Virus record (IMG/VR): IMGVR_UViG_3300008266_000002
Source: a virus
DNA: 64,000 bases
Strand: one strand, 5' to 3'
This document shows positions 9,178 to 19,336 of this stretch, in pieces. The notes under the pieces are model-generated. The model was not told where the DNA came from, did not search any database, and saw only the letters and a list, made by a program, of their open reading frames with translations. The first letter of the stretch is position 1, and each line of letters opens with the position of its first letter. Position numbers and translations under genes: made by a program.

Positions 9178-10749
9178 ATGCAAGAGAAAAGCTTAAAAGA
9201 CATTATTCGTGAGGAATATGTAAAATGTGCTAAATCAGCATCATACTTTATGAAAAAATATTGTATGATTCAGCACCCAACGAAAGGAAAAATCCCTTTC
9301 CACTTATACCCATATCAAGAAGATACTTTGTTTGAGTTTCAAGAAAACGACAGGGTAATTATTTTAAAATCTAGACAGTTAGGTATCTCAACTTTGATAG
9401 CAGGATATGCATTGTGGATGATACTTTTCCAAAATGATAAAAACTGCTTAGTTGTAGCGATTGATCAAAACACGTCTAAAAACCTTGTGACAAAGGTTAA
9501 GGTAATGTTTGAACACTTACCGAGTTGGCTAAAGATAAAAGCTGTGGAGAGCAATAAACTCTCCATTCGTCTGTCAAATGGATCACAAATTAAAGCTGTA
9601 TCAAGTACTGGAACATCAGGACGTTCGGAAGCATTATCACTAGTCATTATAGACGAGGCTGCATTCGTAGATGGAGCTGAAGAATTATGGGCATCACTAC
9701 AACAAACGTTGTCTACTGGGGGTCAAGGTATATTATTATCAACACCAAATGGTACTGGTAACTTTTTTCATAAAATGTGGACAAAGGCAGAAGGAGGTGA
9801 AAACAAGTTTAAAACTTTAAGACTTCCATGGCAAGTACATCCAGAACGTAATCAAGAATGGAGAGATAGGCAAGATGCCGAATTGGGGCTTAGATTAGCA
9901 GCACAAGAGTGTGACTGTGATTTTAGTACTTCTGGTAATACAGTTGTTTCTCCAGAATTAGTAGCATATTATAGTCAAACATTCGTACAAGAGCCTTTAG
10001 AAAAAAGAGGGTTTGATAATAATTTGTGGATTTGGGAAGTTCCCGACTACACTAAGAACTATATACTAACAGCGGACGTTGCAAGAGGTGATGGAAGCGA
10101 TTATTCGGCATTTCATGTAATGGAAGTTGAGTCGTGTAGACAAGTGGCCGAATATAAAGGTCAGCTAACGACAAAGGATTTTGGTAATTTGCTTGTGGCA
10201 GTAGCAACAGAATATAACGATGCACTACTTGTACCAGAGAATGCTAATGTGGGTTGGGCAACAATACAACAGATAATCGATAGGGGTTATTCAAACCTAT
10301 ATTACACGTACAAGAATGATGTACTTGACTCCGATAAGTTTTTAACAAAGGGATATGATCTCACAAGCAAAACCGATATGGTTGCAGGATTTACAATGAG
10401 CCATAAAACTAGACCGTTAGTTATATCTAAGATGGAGTTGTATATACGTGAAAAAAGCTGTACTATTAGGAGTAAGCGATTACTAGACGAACTTTTTGTA
10501 TTCATTTGGAAAAACGGTAGGGCAGAAGCAGCACAAGGGTATAATGACGACTTGGTAATGAGTTTTGCTCAAGGTTTGTGGGTTAGAGATACGGCTTTAA
10601 AACTTCGACAGGCAGGAATTGAAATCAACAGAGCTGCCTTATCAGGAATTAAATCGTCAGCAACAATCTATAAACCAAGAATGGATAATAATCCATGGCA
10701 GATGCAAGATCAAAAGGGTAATAGTGAGGACCTTAACTGGCTTATATAA
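9178..10749 (+). CDS. terL: Terminase large subunit (T4 gp17-like)
   Basis: LKSRQLGIST Walker A, IIDEAAF Walker B, STPNG motif III, ADVARG and GYNDDLVMS nuclease motifs; ATG 9178 preferred over the track start at 9148. Confidence 0.95.
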   Translation: MQEKSLKDIIREEYVKCAKSASYFMKKYCMIQHPTKGKIPFHLYPYQEDTLFEFQENDRVIILKSRQLGISTLIAGYALWMILFQNDKNCLVVAIDQNTSKNLVTKVKVMFEHLPSWLKIKAVESNKLSIRLSNGSQIKAVSSTGTSGRSEALSLVIIDEAAFVDGAEELWASLQQTLSTGGQGILLSTPNGTGNFFHKMWTKAEGGENKFKTLRLPWQVHPERNQEWRDRQDAELGLRLAAQECDCDFSTSGNTVVSPELVAYYSQTFVQEPLEKRGFDNNLWIWEVPDYTKNYILTADVARGDGSDYSAFHVMEVESCRQVAEYKGQLTTKDFGNLLVAVATEYNDALLVPENANVGWATIQQIIDRGYSNLYYTYKNDVLDSDKFLTKGYDLTSKTDMVAGFTMSHKTRPLVISKMELYIREKSCTIRSKRLLDELFVFIWKNGRAEAAQGYNDDLVMSFAQGLWVRDTALKLRQAGIEINRAALSGIKSSATIYKPRMDNNPWQMQDQKGNSEDLNWLI

Positions 10750-10779
10750 ACTTTCAAGACTATTTATAAATAAACACTA

Positions 10780-12627
10780 ATGGCCGAAAATAAGACACTT
10801 TTTAGCAGATTGAGAAAACTATTCAGTACGGATGTTATTATTCGTAATGTGGGTGGTAATCAACTAAAGGTCATAGACACAGCAAGAATCCAATCAGACG
10901 GCAACATCGTCACAAATAGAAGAATAGATAGATTCTCAAGATTATTTTCTTCTATTCCAGGCTACTCATACCATGCAGGTCAATTACAACTATACACTCG
11001 TTTGGAGTTGTTTAGAGATTATGAGGCAATGGATACAGATAGTATCATCTCCTCAGCATTAGATATATATGCTGACGAATGTACTGCAAAGAATGAGTTT
11101 GGCGATATGCTAACAATCAACTCTGGAAATGCAAAAGTACAGCAGGTGTTACATAACTTATTTTACGATATAATGAATATCGAATTTAACTTATGGCCTT
11201 GGATTAGAAACACAATTAAGTATGGAGATTTTTTCTTACATCTTGACATTGCAGAAGGATTTGGGATCATTAACGTAGATCCAATCTCACCATATGAGAT
11301 GATTCGTGAAGAAAACTTCGATCCAGAAAATCCACATCGAGTTAGGTTTAGAAGAGATTATTCAGCCTTGTCTTCACTTACACACGTAGCCGCAAGTACC
11401 GAAAAGGCACCAACATACGATAATTATGAGATTGCACATTTCCGCTTATTGACGGATACAAACTTCTTGCCTTATGGACGTTCTATTATAGAACCAACTA
11501 GAAAGGTTTGGAAACAAATAACTCTCATGGAAGATGCGATGTTAATACATCGTATTATGCGTGCTCCAGATAAACGCGTTTTCAAAATTGATATTGGAAA
11601 CATACCACCAAGTGAAGTGGATGCGTTTATGGAGGGTATGATTAATAAAATGAAAAAGGTACCTTATGTTGATCCTGAGACTGGTCAATATAATCTCAAA
11701 TACAACATGCAAAACCTACTCGAAGATTTTTATCTTCCGGTGCGTGGCGGAGAAAGTGGCACTACAATCGAGCCACTAGCAGGGATCCAGTTTGACAGTA
11801 TTCAGGATATTGAGTATCTTAGAAATAGACTTTTAGGATCTTTAAAAATTCCAAAAGCGTATTTAGGGTATGAAGAAGATACTACTGGTAAAGCTACATT
11901 AGCCTCTCAAGATTTTCGTTTTGCAAGAACAATCGAACGTGTACAAAAAATTATAACTTCGGAATTATATAAAGTAGCCATTGTACACCTTTACTCTCAA
12001 GGGTTTACGGACGAAGATTTAGTGGATTTTAATTTAAGTTTAACAGCTCCATCTTCAGTATATGAAAAGGAAAAAGTAGAATTATGGACAAGTAAAGTAT
12101 CGCTTGCTGGAGAGATGGTTGATAAAAAATTATTTAGTCGTGCTTGGGTGTATGAAAACTTGTTTGGTATGGCAGAGAACGACTATTTATATGAGCAGAA
12201 TAGAATCATTCAAGATACCAAAGAGCAATTCCGTATTGAACAAATAAAAAATGAAGGAAATGATCCAGTCAAAACAGGACAGTCTTTTGGTACTCCACAT
12301 GATTTAGCACAGTTATACAAGGGTGATAAAGGTGTTCCAAAAGGGTATGATGAAAGAACTTCGGAAATGCCTCCAGGAGGTTGGCCAGGAGCAGGACGTC
12401 CTGAAGAGCCAGGAACACATGGAACGCACGAACATCCACTTGGTTGGGATCCATTAGGAAATAAAGCTATACGTAAGGTTTATGAAGGTTCTAAGAAAAA
12501 AGTGTTATCGGAAAATTTGGTAAAGGAGATTGATAGAAAAAGAGCAGCAATTAAGGAAACTTTTACATCTGCAGATAGTGAGGATTTTAATTTATTAGAC
12601 GAGCGTAACATTTTGCAAGAGGAATAA
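10780..12627 (+). CDS. Portal protein (T4 gp20-like)
   Basis: MEDAMLIHRIMRAPDKRVFKIDIGN and EDFYLPVRGG motifs; follows terminase. Confidence 0.93.
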   Translation: MAENKTLFSRLRKLFSTDVIIRNVGGNQLKVIDTARIQSDGNIVTNRRIDRFSRLFSSIPGYSYHAGQLQLYTRLELFRDYEAMDTDSIISSALDIYADECTAKNEFGDMLTINSGNAKVQQVLHNLFYDIMNIEFNLWPWIRNTIKYGDFFLHLDIAEGFGIINVDPISPYEMIREENFDPENPHRVRFRRDYSALSSLTHVAASTEKAPTYDNYEIAHFRLLTDTNFLPYGRSIIEPTRKVWKQITLMEDAMLIHRIMRAPDKRVFKIDIGNIPPSEVDAFMEGMINKMKKVPYVDPETGQYNLKYNMQNLLEDFYLPVRGGESGTTIEPLAGIQFDSIQDIEYLRNRLLGSLKIPKAYLGYEEDTTGKATLASQDFRFARTIERVQKIITSELYKVAIVHLYSQGFTDEDLVDFNLSLTAPSSVYEKEKVELWTSKVSLAGEMVDKKLFSRAWVYENLFGMAENDYLYEQNRIIQDTKEQFRIEQIKNEGNDPVKTGQSFGTPHDLAQLYKGDKGVPKGYDERTSEMPPGGWPGAGRPEEPGTHGTHEHPLGWDPLGNKAIRKVYEGSKKKVLSENLVKEIDRKRAAIKETFTSADSEDFNLLDERNILQEE

Positions 12628-12652
12628 CTTAAACCGACATATTTATTATTAA

Positions 12653-13510
12653 ATGAAGAAATCAACACACTCAAAAATCAAGAACACAGCAATTCTTTTT
12701 GAATTGTTAACCCGCCAAGTTGCAGCGGACACGATAAAGGGTGTCGAGAAGTCTCCAGCTTTGCTCATTATTAAGGAGTATTTTAAAGCGGATTCTATTC
12801 TCGCAAGGGAACTTGTCCTATATCAAACACTAATAAACGAAAGATACAACACATCCCAAAAAGCTGAATACTTACTTAACACAATTGTTAAGTTGCGTAA
12901 AAAGCTCAATATCCCACAACTTAGAGATCAAAAATATAAACTCATAAGTGAAGTAAAAAAGCACTACGATCTCAAAGATTTTTTTAAGACAAATTTATCG
13001 GAGTATAAATTATATGCTTCAATTTATCGTGTTTTTGAAGGTGTGAGTGTATCTAAAGTGTCGGAAACTGTACAAAGTCGCTTTACTATTATTGAACACC
13101 TTAATCGCAAAAGCAATAATAGACTAACTGAGAGCGCATCTAATTACTCGCAGGATTATTTAAAACAAGATGAAGAGATAAGATTGTTAGCTTACAAACT
13201 TATGATCGATAAGTTTAATGAGAAGTATGCAAATCTATCAGATAAACAAAAGAGTATTTTAAAAGAATATATCAACAATATATCAAATACAAATACATTA
13301 AGAGAGTTTGTAGTAGCTGAGAGTAGATCAATTAACAACGCTATTAAAAAACACATACCCAACGTCAATGACCAAGTAACAGCTATCAAGTTAAATGAGG
13401 TCTGTAATTTAGTTGGTAAGTTAGAAAAAATTAAAACAGTAAAAGAGGATCATGTGCTCTCGCTACTACTTTACCATGAATTGCTAAAGGAGCTAAAATA
13501 TGCAAAATAA
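12653..13510 (+). CDS. Conserved head-module protein, possibly prohead core
   Basis: Lies between portal and protease; helical; KHSKIKNT-type N-terminus. Confidence 0.55.
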   Translation: MKKSTHSKIKNTAILFELLTRQVAADTIKGVEKSPALLIIKEYFKADSILARELVLYQTLINERYNTSQKAEYLLNTIVKLRKKLNIPQLRDQKYKLISEVKKHYDLKDFFKTNLSEYKLYASIYRVFEGVSVSKVSETVQSRFTIIEHLNRKSNNRLTESASNYSQDYLKQDEEIRLLAYKLMIDKFNEKYANLSDKQKSILKEYINNISNTNTLREFVVAESRSINNAIKKHIPNVNDQVTAIKLNEVCNLVGKLEKIKTVKEDHVLSLLLYHELLKELKYAK

Positions 13511-14252
13511 AAAGCTAACAAAAAAAGAACTCGCTGAGTTAAAACTCTATGTGAGAGAGCAGTCAAAAAAGCTCAAAAATGAAGGCAGTACGACTGCTGG
13601 AGTTCCTGGCTATCAAACACCAGCTGCATTCACTGGAAAGGAAGGTGGCGAAGGAGCTGAGAGCTTTGATTATGAGGATGATCAATTTGCGTATTCAGAG
13701 AAAGCTCCAAAAACACATAAGCATTCGATAAAGCTGCATGAAGTGAGTTATAAAGCCTTTAAGCAAGATAATACAGTAAACGAGATACAAAAAGTTAATA
13801 AAAAGATTCTTGAGGTAAACAAAATGCTTCGTGAAATCTCAAGATCATTAGATCATAGCATAAAATTAAAACAAGAATCGGCTTTAGATAATTCGGTATA
13901 CTGGAAACGTACAAACGAGGCTATTTTAAAAATAAACAATAGATTGGCAGAAGTTAGTAAAAAAGCACGTAAACTTGCAAACCTAAAAGAACTTGCTGCA
14001 TCAAGTGTGAAAGCTAAATTAGAGCAACTTTTCAAAAAAGCTGGAATACAAGTAACGCCACAGGACATAGAATACAATCAAGTGGGTACTGAGCATTATG
14101 AGTTTGACGTTTATCTAAACGGAGAGCCATACGCTATAGACTATCAAAATGGTGACCTTACGTTTCAGGATTATGATCAAGAGGTGGTTTTAGGTAATTT
14201 TAATCAGGAAGCTGATCTAATCAAAAACATAGCACAAACTTTTAAACAATGA
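13500..14252 (+). CDS. Head-module hypothetical protein
   Basis: EGSTTAGVPGYQTPAAF motif, coiled coil, several LxE sites. Confidence 0.55.
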   Translation: MQNKKLTKKELAELKLYVREQSKKLKNEGSTTAGVPGYQTPAAFTGKEGGEGAESFDYEDDQFAYSEKAPKTHKHSIKLHEVSYKAFKQDNTVNEIQKVNKKILEVNKMLREISRSLDHSIKLKQESALDNSVYWKRTNEAILKINNRLAEVSKKARKLANLKELAASSVKAKLEQLFKKAGIQVTPQDIEYNQVGTEHYEFDVYLNGEPYAIDYQNGDLTFQDYDQEVVLGNFNQEADLIKNIAQTFKQ

Positions 14253-14866
14253 ATAAGCAAGTAATAGTTGACTACATTGGCTCAATCCAATTCACACCTG
14301 AGCAAATTAATGAATCTATCTCAACAAATGGTGGTAAGTTGATTGTTAGTGGAATTATGCAAAGAGGTAGTACTGGGAATGAAAAAAACTTTAACCAAAA
14401 TGGAAGAAGTTATCCACTACCAATTCTTAGACGTGAGGCGGATAAATATAAAAAAGTTTTTGTAGCTGAACGTAGAGCATTAGGTGAGTTAGATCACCCA
14501 GAATCTTCAGTAGTAAATTTATCTAACGTGTCCCACAATATTGTTGATCTTTGGTGGGATGGTACTGACCTAATGGGTAAGATTGAAATACTAGCAACGC
14601 CTTCAGGAAACATTGCCAAAGAGCTTTTGAGAGCTGGTATTCGTTTAGGTATTAGTTCTAGAGGTATGGGATCTGTGAGAGAGTTAGGAGAAGGAAAGGT
14701 TGAAGTGCAAGATGATTTTGAAATCGTATGTTGGGACTTAGTGTCAAATCCATCAACACAAGGTGCTTTTATGGATAACTTAAATGAGTCTAAGCAAGGA
14801 TTGATAGTTAATAGTAGATACACAAGAGTGAATGCCCTTATTAATGATATAATTTCAATAATGTAA
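14249..14866 (+). CDS. Prohead core protease (T4 gp21-like)
   Basis: NQNGRSYP, ALGELDHP, GISSRGMGS and DLVSNPS motifs. Confidence 0.93.
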   Translation: MNKQVIVDYIGSIQFTPEQINESISTNGGKLIVSGIMQRGSTGNEKNFNQNGRSYPLPILRREADKYKKVFVAERRALGELDHPESSVVNLSNVSHNIVDLWWDGTDLMGKIEILATPSGNIAKELLRAGIRLGISSRGMGSVRELGEGKVEVQDDFEIVCWDLVSNPSTQGAFMDNLNESKQGLIVNSRYTRVNALINDIISIM

Positions 14867-14867
14867 T

Positions 14868-15227
14868 ATGAAACTTAAAAGAATAAAAGAAAGCATTGAT
14901 CAAAAAGCAAACTTAAACGAAAAGGCTGCTTTTCTTCAAGAGGTATCTAAGTTTAATGAGTATGGAAATCAAATCTATCGTACAGAGAATCTACGTGAAG
15001 CTGCTAAAGCAATCAGTCAGATTGTAGAGAATGCGGAAAGAATAGCTCTACAAGAAACTGAAGAATGGTTTGATGAAATCACAGTAAAGCGTAACATGAA
15101 GACGTTAAAGTCCAATAATGAAGCTTTTATGAAAACTGTGAAAGAAGTTACTAAATTACAACAAAGATTAGAATCACTTTACGAAGAAATGGGACATACC
15201 TTATCTCGCTACTATGAAATCAAATAA
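14868..15227 (+). CDS. Helical head-module hypothetical protein
   Basis: Coiled coil ending LESLYEEMGHTLSRYYEI. Confidence 0.55.
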   Translation: MKLKRIKESIDQKANLNEKAAFLQEVSKFNEYGNQIYRTENLREAAKAISQIVENAERIALQETEEWFDEITVKRNMKTLKSNNEAFMKTVKEVTKLQQRLESLYEEMGHTLSRYYEIK

Positions 15228-15660
15228 GACACTCTTAAAAGAATATATTCGCAAAATCGTAGGCAAATATCTTCGTGAAGCTGAAGAAGAAAAGGCTGAT
15301 GATGCAGGTGGAGAAGAGAAAGCTGATACAAATCCGTTTGCAGCTGGTGGGGCTGAGGAAGGTGATGACAAAGCTGCTGAGGAGGAAGGAGATGCAGCTG
15401 CAGAAGATGAGGGTGCTGAGAGTGAAGAAAAGGACACAGAAAAAAAAGCTAAACCAGAGGAGCCAAAAGGAATACCAATTAAATTTGATATAAGTGGTGT
15501 AAAAAAATACAACAAAGCTGGGTTTACAAGTGATAAGGGAATAGTTAAAAGCATAAGTAAGAAGGGGATTATAGTAACAACTCAACCAGATGGAGTTGAT
15601 ATATTAGTAAACTTTGATGATATTACAGAACAAGCTACTAAATTTTTTAAAAGAAAATGA
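15214..15660 (+). CDS. Acidic head-module protein with leader-like LKEYIRKIVGKYLRE
   Basis: Low-complexity E/A/D linker followed by a small beta domain. Confidence 0.55.
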   Translation: MKSNKTLLKEYIRKIVGKYLREAEEEKADDAGGEEKADTNPFAAGGAEEGDDKAAEEEGDAAAEDEGAESEEKDTEKKAKPEEPKGIPIKFDISGVKKYNKAGFTSDKGIVKSISKKGIIVTTQPDGVDILVNFDDITEQATKFFKRK

Positions 15661-16439
15661 GAAGAAGAGATACAATATTGCTTAGCGAGATTGCTAAAAA
15701 AGTAATTACTACGAAAAAGAGTAGAAGGTTATTTGAGAATGTGCAGGGATTAGCTTCAAATGTTCAGAACAAAGTAATGGAACTTGGTAAAGAGGTAAAA
15801 GCTGCTGGTGAAGATATTACAGACGAAGAAGTGCAAGCAGCAATGCTTATGGCAGCATTAGAGGATAATGGAAACTTAGATAAAGTTGATGCACAAGATG
15901 TAGAAACCATTGCACAACAAATTAAAGAAGCTCGTGGATATAGATTAAAAGAAGCTGGAGGAGGAGGATTATTGCAGACTGTTGAGCTAGTAGGTGCTGC
16001 ATTGGGTAACGTAGCATTACTTAATGTGATAGCAAGCACAATGAAAGAGTTAACTGGAAAGGAAATCAATCCAGACCAAATATCTCAAAAAATAAACAAG
16101 GCAATGGGTCCGTTAAAGAAACTAACTGGATTACCTGCAAAAGCAATGGAGAAGTTTTTTGAGTTTGTTACAAAAAAACTAGGTGGTGGAAAAGCTTCAC
16201 AAAAAATAGCTGGATACAGCGGTACAATCGTTATTGTTACAATCTTATTAGCTCTAGGATTATTATTCTTCCCAGTACTAGGTGCATCACCACTAATGGT
16301 ATTTTTATCTTTAACTGGAGTGATTGGAAAGGGCTTTGAGTTAGCAACTTTATGGAAGCATTTAATTGAGGCAATCAAAGATTACAAACAGGAAGGTGGT
16401 GAAGGTGCTGAAACACTTCCAAACCTACAACCAGCGTAA
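15657..16439 (+). CDS. Head-module protein with hydrophobic helices, possible internal/ejected protein
   Basis: LFE, IKE and LKE sites in the N-terminal half; long hydrophobic stretch TIVIVTILLALGLLFFPVLGASPLMVFLSLTGVIG. Confidence 0.5.
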   Translation: MRRRDTILLSEIAKKVITTKKSRRLFENVQGLASNVQNKVMELGKEVKAAGEDITDEEVQAAMLMAALEDNGNLDKVDAQDVETIAQQIKEARGYRLKEAGGGGLLQTVELVGAALGNVALLNVIASTMKELTGKEINPDQISQKINKAMGPLKKLTGLPAKAMEKFFEFVTKKLGGGKASQKIAGYSGTIVIVTILLALGLLFFPVLGASPLMVFLSLTGVIGKGFELATLWKHLIEAIKDYKQEGGEGAETLPNLQPA

Positions 16440-16470
16440 ATTAACAAAAATTTAAAACTTTTTTATACTT

Positions 16471-16494
16471 AACCCGTCCTAAAAAACGGGTTTT
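16471..16494 (+). terminator. Rho-independent terminator
   Basis: AACCCGT-N8-ACGGGTT followed by TT. Confidence 0.6.
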
Positions 16495-16508
16495 GGTATT
16501 TGATGTAA

Positions 16509-16613
16509 TATGTATAACTAAATACACTATCCAACCTATTATAGTGTCCGTAAATATTTTAAATATTATAGCTCCCTAATAGCTGTAGGACGTTCAAAAA
16601 TAAGGAAAACAAA
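16509..16613 (+). promoter_or_regulatory. Late-promoter variant TATGTATA and structured 5' leader of the scaffold/capsid operon
   Basis: Hairpins ACACTAT/ATAGTGT (16524-16547) and TATAGCT/AGCTGTA (16567-16587). Confidence 0.45.
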
Positions 16614-17573
16614 ATGAACAAATTACTTAAAGATGCAATCGCAGATGCAAAGGCAGTGCGTGAAACCGCTCTAGCAAATGCAAAAGCAGCTCTTGAAGAG
16701 GCGTTCGCTCCAAAACTACAATCCATGCTTTCCCACAAAATTAAGGAAGAAATGGAAGGTGACGAAGAGGAAGTTGAAACGACTCCAGAAGAGCCAACCG
16801 ATGAGGTTAAAAAGATGAAGAAAATGGCTGGCGTAATGTCTGAAGAAGATGAAGACGACGACATGGGTTCTGAAGAAGATTACTCAGATGAGGACATGGG
16901 TTCAGAGGAAGATTATTCTGATGAAGACATGGGTTCTGATGAGGATTATTCTGACGAAGAAGAGGTTTCTGATGAAGATCTTGAAGAAATTCTAAGAGAA
17001 CTTGAAGGCGAAGAAATGGACACAGATGAGTCTGAAGATCCTGAAATGTACGACATTATGGAAATGGAAGACGAAGATGAAGATGAGGACCTGATGGAAA
17101 TGGAAGACGAAGATGAGGAAGAAGTTGACATCAACGAAATCATCAAAGCTCTAAGAGAAGAAGAAGGTGAAGATGAAGATTCATCTGAAGCTGAAGAAAG
17201 AGCTGAGAAAGCTGAAGAAGAACTTGAAGAAGCTTACAAAGTTGTTAAATTCTTACGTTCCAAATTGAATGAAGTAAACTTACTTAACGCTAAACTTTTG
17301 TTTGTAAACAAATTGTTCAGAAAAGGTCAGCTTACTGAAACTCAAAAAGTTAAGATCATTGAAACTTTCGATCGTGCTAAAAATGTACGTGAAGCTAAAT
17401 TGATCTATGCTACATTATCTGAATCAGTTAACAAAACTGCTTCTAAACCAGTTGCTAAAAAAACAAAAATGATGGAAGGTTTTGCTTCCGCTCCACAGAA
17501 GAAAACTCAAATCATTTCTGAAAGTAACAATGTATTCAATCGTTTCAAAACCCTTGTGGATTATAACAAATAA
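16614..17573 (+). CDS. Prohead scaffolding/core protein
   Basis: Very acidic, directly upstream of the MCP; AIADAKAVRETALANAKAALEEAF N-terminus and LNEVNLLNAKLL C-terminal motif. Confidence 0.8.
   Translation: MNKLLKDAIADAKAVRETALANAKAALEEAFAPKLQSMLSHKIKEEMEGDEEEVETTPEEPTDEVKKMKKMAGVMSEEDEDDDMGSEEDYSDEDMGSEEDYSDEDMGSDEDYSDEEEVSDEDLEEILRELEGEEMDTDESEDPEMYDIMEMEDEDEDEDLMEMEDEDEEEVDINEIIKALREEEGEDEDSSEAEERAEKAEEELEEAYKVVKFLRSKLNEVNLLNAKLLFVNKLFRKGQLTETQKVKIIETFDRAKNVREAKLIYATLSESVNKTASKPVAKKTKMMEGFASAPQKKTQIISESNNVFNRFKTLVDYNK
16860..16958 (+). repeat. 3 x 33-bp tandem repeat encoding DMGS(E/D)EDYSDE within the scaffold gene
   Basis: gacatgggttc...gatta(c/t)tc(a/t)ga(t/c)ga(g/a) occurs three times. 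Confidence 0.85.
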
Positions 17574-17599
17574 TTAAAAAACAAAAAAACCTTTAGAAA

Positions 17600-19222
17600 A
17601 TGAACTTATTCGAAAACATCAAGGAGACCAACAGGGGTGCGGAAGTAAGACCTCTGATTAACAAATGGTCTAAAACTGGTCTTTTGGAAGGTCTTAAAGG
17701 CAACAATGAAAAATCAACTGTTGCTATCCTTCTTGAAAACCAAGCAAAACAATTACTAAAAGAGGGATCTGTATCTTCTGCAGGTACTGGCGCAGCTGGA
17801 TACGAGCAGTATCACGGTGTAGCTCTTCCTCTTGTACGCAGGATCTTTGCTGAGATCGCAGCTAAAGAATTCGTTTCTGTACAACCAATGAACCTTCCTT
17901 CTGGTCTAGTATTCTACTTAGACTTCAAGTATGGTACAAACAAACAACCATTTGGTTATTCTCCAACTGGTAGAAACCAGGTAGGTACTCTTCAAGGGAT
18001 AACTACTGGAAGTGGTTCTCCTAAAGACGGTCTTTATGGTGCTGGTAGATTTGGTTACTCTATGAACCTCGTTGCTACTGGTAGCCAAACATTCACAACC
18101 GGTTCTGCAACTGCAGCATCTGTAAACTATGATGGCGACTTCACTGGTTCCCTTTCAAACTACAGAACGCTTACAATTTCTAACTTCTTCGTGAACGCTG
18201 GTGCAAATGCCGATCCATATGCAGTGCGTTCTTTTATTCCACAATCAGCTTCTTTTGCATTAACAGCGGGTACAGACTACTTCCCAGCGTTCACACAAAA
18301 ATCAGGCAACGACCTTATTTTCTTAGTATCGGCTTCAGCTGCAGGTTCTGGTTCAACAATGGCGAGCTCCGCTGTAAGTTTCTCAATTCAACCAACTAAT
18401 GATGGTCGTTCAGATTTTGAAAGCACTGGAGTAACAGCAAACAACCGTTCACTTGATACAAACCTTAACATCCCTGAAATTGAATTACAAATGCGTTCAA
18501 TTCCAGTAACTGCTAAGACTCGTAAGTTGAAAGCAAGCTGGACACCTGAATTTGCACAAGACCTTAACGCATACCACTCTGTAGATGCTGAGGCAGAATT
18601 AACAGCTATGTTGTCTGAGTATGTTTCAATGGAAATTGACCTTGAAATTTTAGACATGCTGATTTCTGCAGCTGACACTACTGAATACTGGTCTGCAAAG
18701 GTTGGTCAAGAGTGGAATCCTGGTACAAGTACGTTTGTTGCTTCTCAGTTCACTGGTCAAGCATACATCCAAGGTACGTGGTTTGCAACTCTTGGTACTA
18801 AGCTTCAAAAAGTGAGTAACCAAATCCATGCCAAGACTCTTAGAGGTGGTGCTAACTTCTTAGTATGTTCTCCAACAGTTTCTACAATCCTTGAGTCAAT
18901 CCCAGGATATGCAGCTGACGGTGATGGTACTAAGATGAAATATGCAATGGGTGTACAAAAAGTAGGTGCTATGACTAGCCGCTACGAAGTATACAAAAAC
19001 CCTTACATGCAAGAAAACACAGTATTAATGGGATTCCGTGGTAACCAATTCCTTGAGACAGGTGCGGTTTATGCTCCATATATTCCATTGATGCTTACTC
19101 CTCTTGTATACGATCCTAACAACTTCATTCCAAGACGTGGTGTAATGACCCGTTACGCGAAAGTTGTAACTCGTCCTGAGTTCTACGGTAAAGTATACGT
19201 AGGTGATTTAGGTGTAGTGTAA
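17600..19222 (+). CDS. Major capsid protein (T4 gp23-like)
   Basis: VQPMNLPSGLVFYL, TAKTRKLKASWTPEFAQDL, YAPYIPL and GVMTRYA motifs. Confidence 0.95.
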   Translation: MNLFENIKETNRGAEVRPLINKWSKTGLLEGLKGNNEKSTVAILLENQAKQLLKEGSVSSAGTGAAGYEQYHGVALPLVRRIFAEIAAKEFVSVQPMNLPSGLVFYLDFKYGTNKQPFGYSPTGRNQVGTLQGITTGSGSPKDGLYGAGRFGYSMNLVATGSQTFTTGSATAASVNYDGDFTGSLSNYRTLTISNFFVNAGANADPYAVRSFIPQSASFALTAGTDYFPAFTQKSGNDLIFLVSASAAGSGSTMASSAVSFSIQPTNDGRSDFESTGVTANNRSLDTNLNIPEIELQMRSIPVTAKTRKLKASWTPEFAQDLNAYHSVDAEAELTAMLSEYVSMEIDLEILDMLISAADTTEYWSAKVGQEWNPGTSTFVASQFTGQAYIQGTWFATLGTKLQKVSNQIHAKTLRGGANFLVCSPTVSTILESIPGYAADGDGTKMKYAMGVQKVGAMTSRYEVYKNPYMQENTVLMGFRGNQFLETGAVYAPYIPLMLTPLVYDPNNFIPRRGVMTRYAKVVTRPEFYGKVYVGDLGVV

Positions 19223-19244
19223 TTTGAATAAACACTAAATCAAA

Positions 19245-19274
19245 GGCCCTCCTCTCTGAGGGGGGTTTTTTTTT
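19245..19274 (+). terminator. Rho-independent terminator after the MCP
   Basis: GC-rich CCCTCC...GAGGGGG stem followed by a T9 tract. Confidence 0.75.
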
Positions 19275-19336
19275 AATATCTGTTGCAAGTTTAAAATAAT
19301 AGTCGGATATTTATATAAAATTAAAATTCATAAAAA

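Noticed and set aside
9178-9240. Terminase N-terminus SLKDIIREEYVKC resembles the cassette leader
   Set aside because: It matches the usual gp17-type N-terminal E..KC...YF helix and lacks the terminal LxE site; probably coincidental.
16860-17120. 33-bp and MEMEDEDE repeats as a possible CRISPR or nucleic-acid array
   Set aside because: They are in-frame coding repeats with synonymous variation and no unique spacers; this is an acidic scaffold linker.
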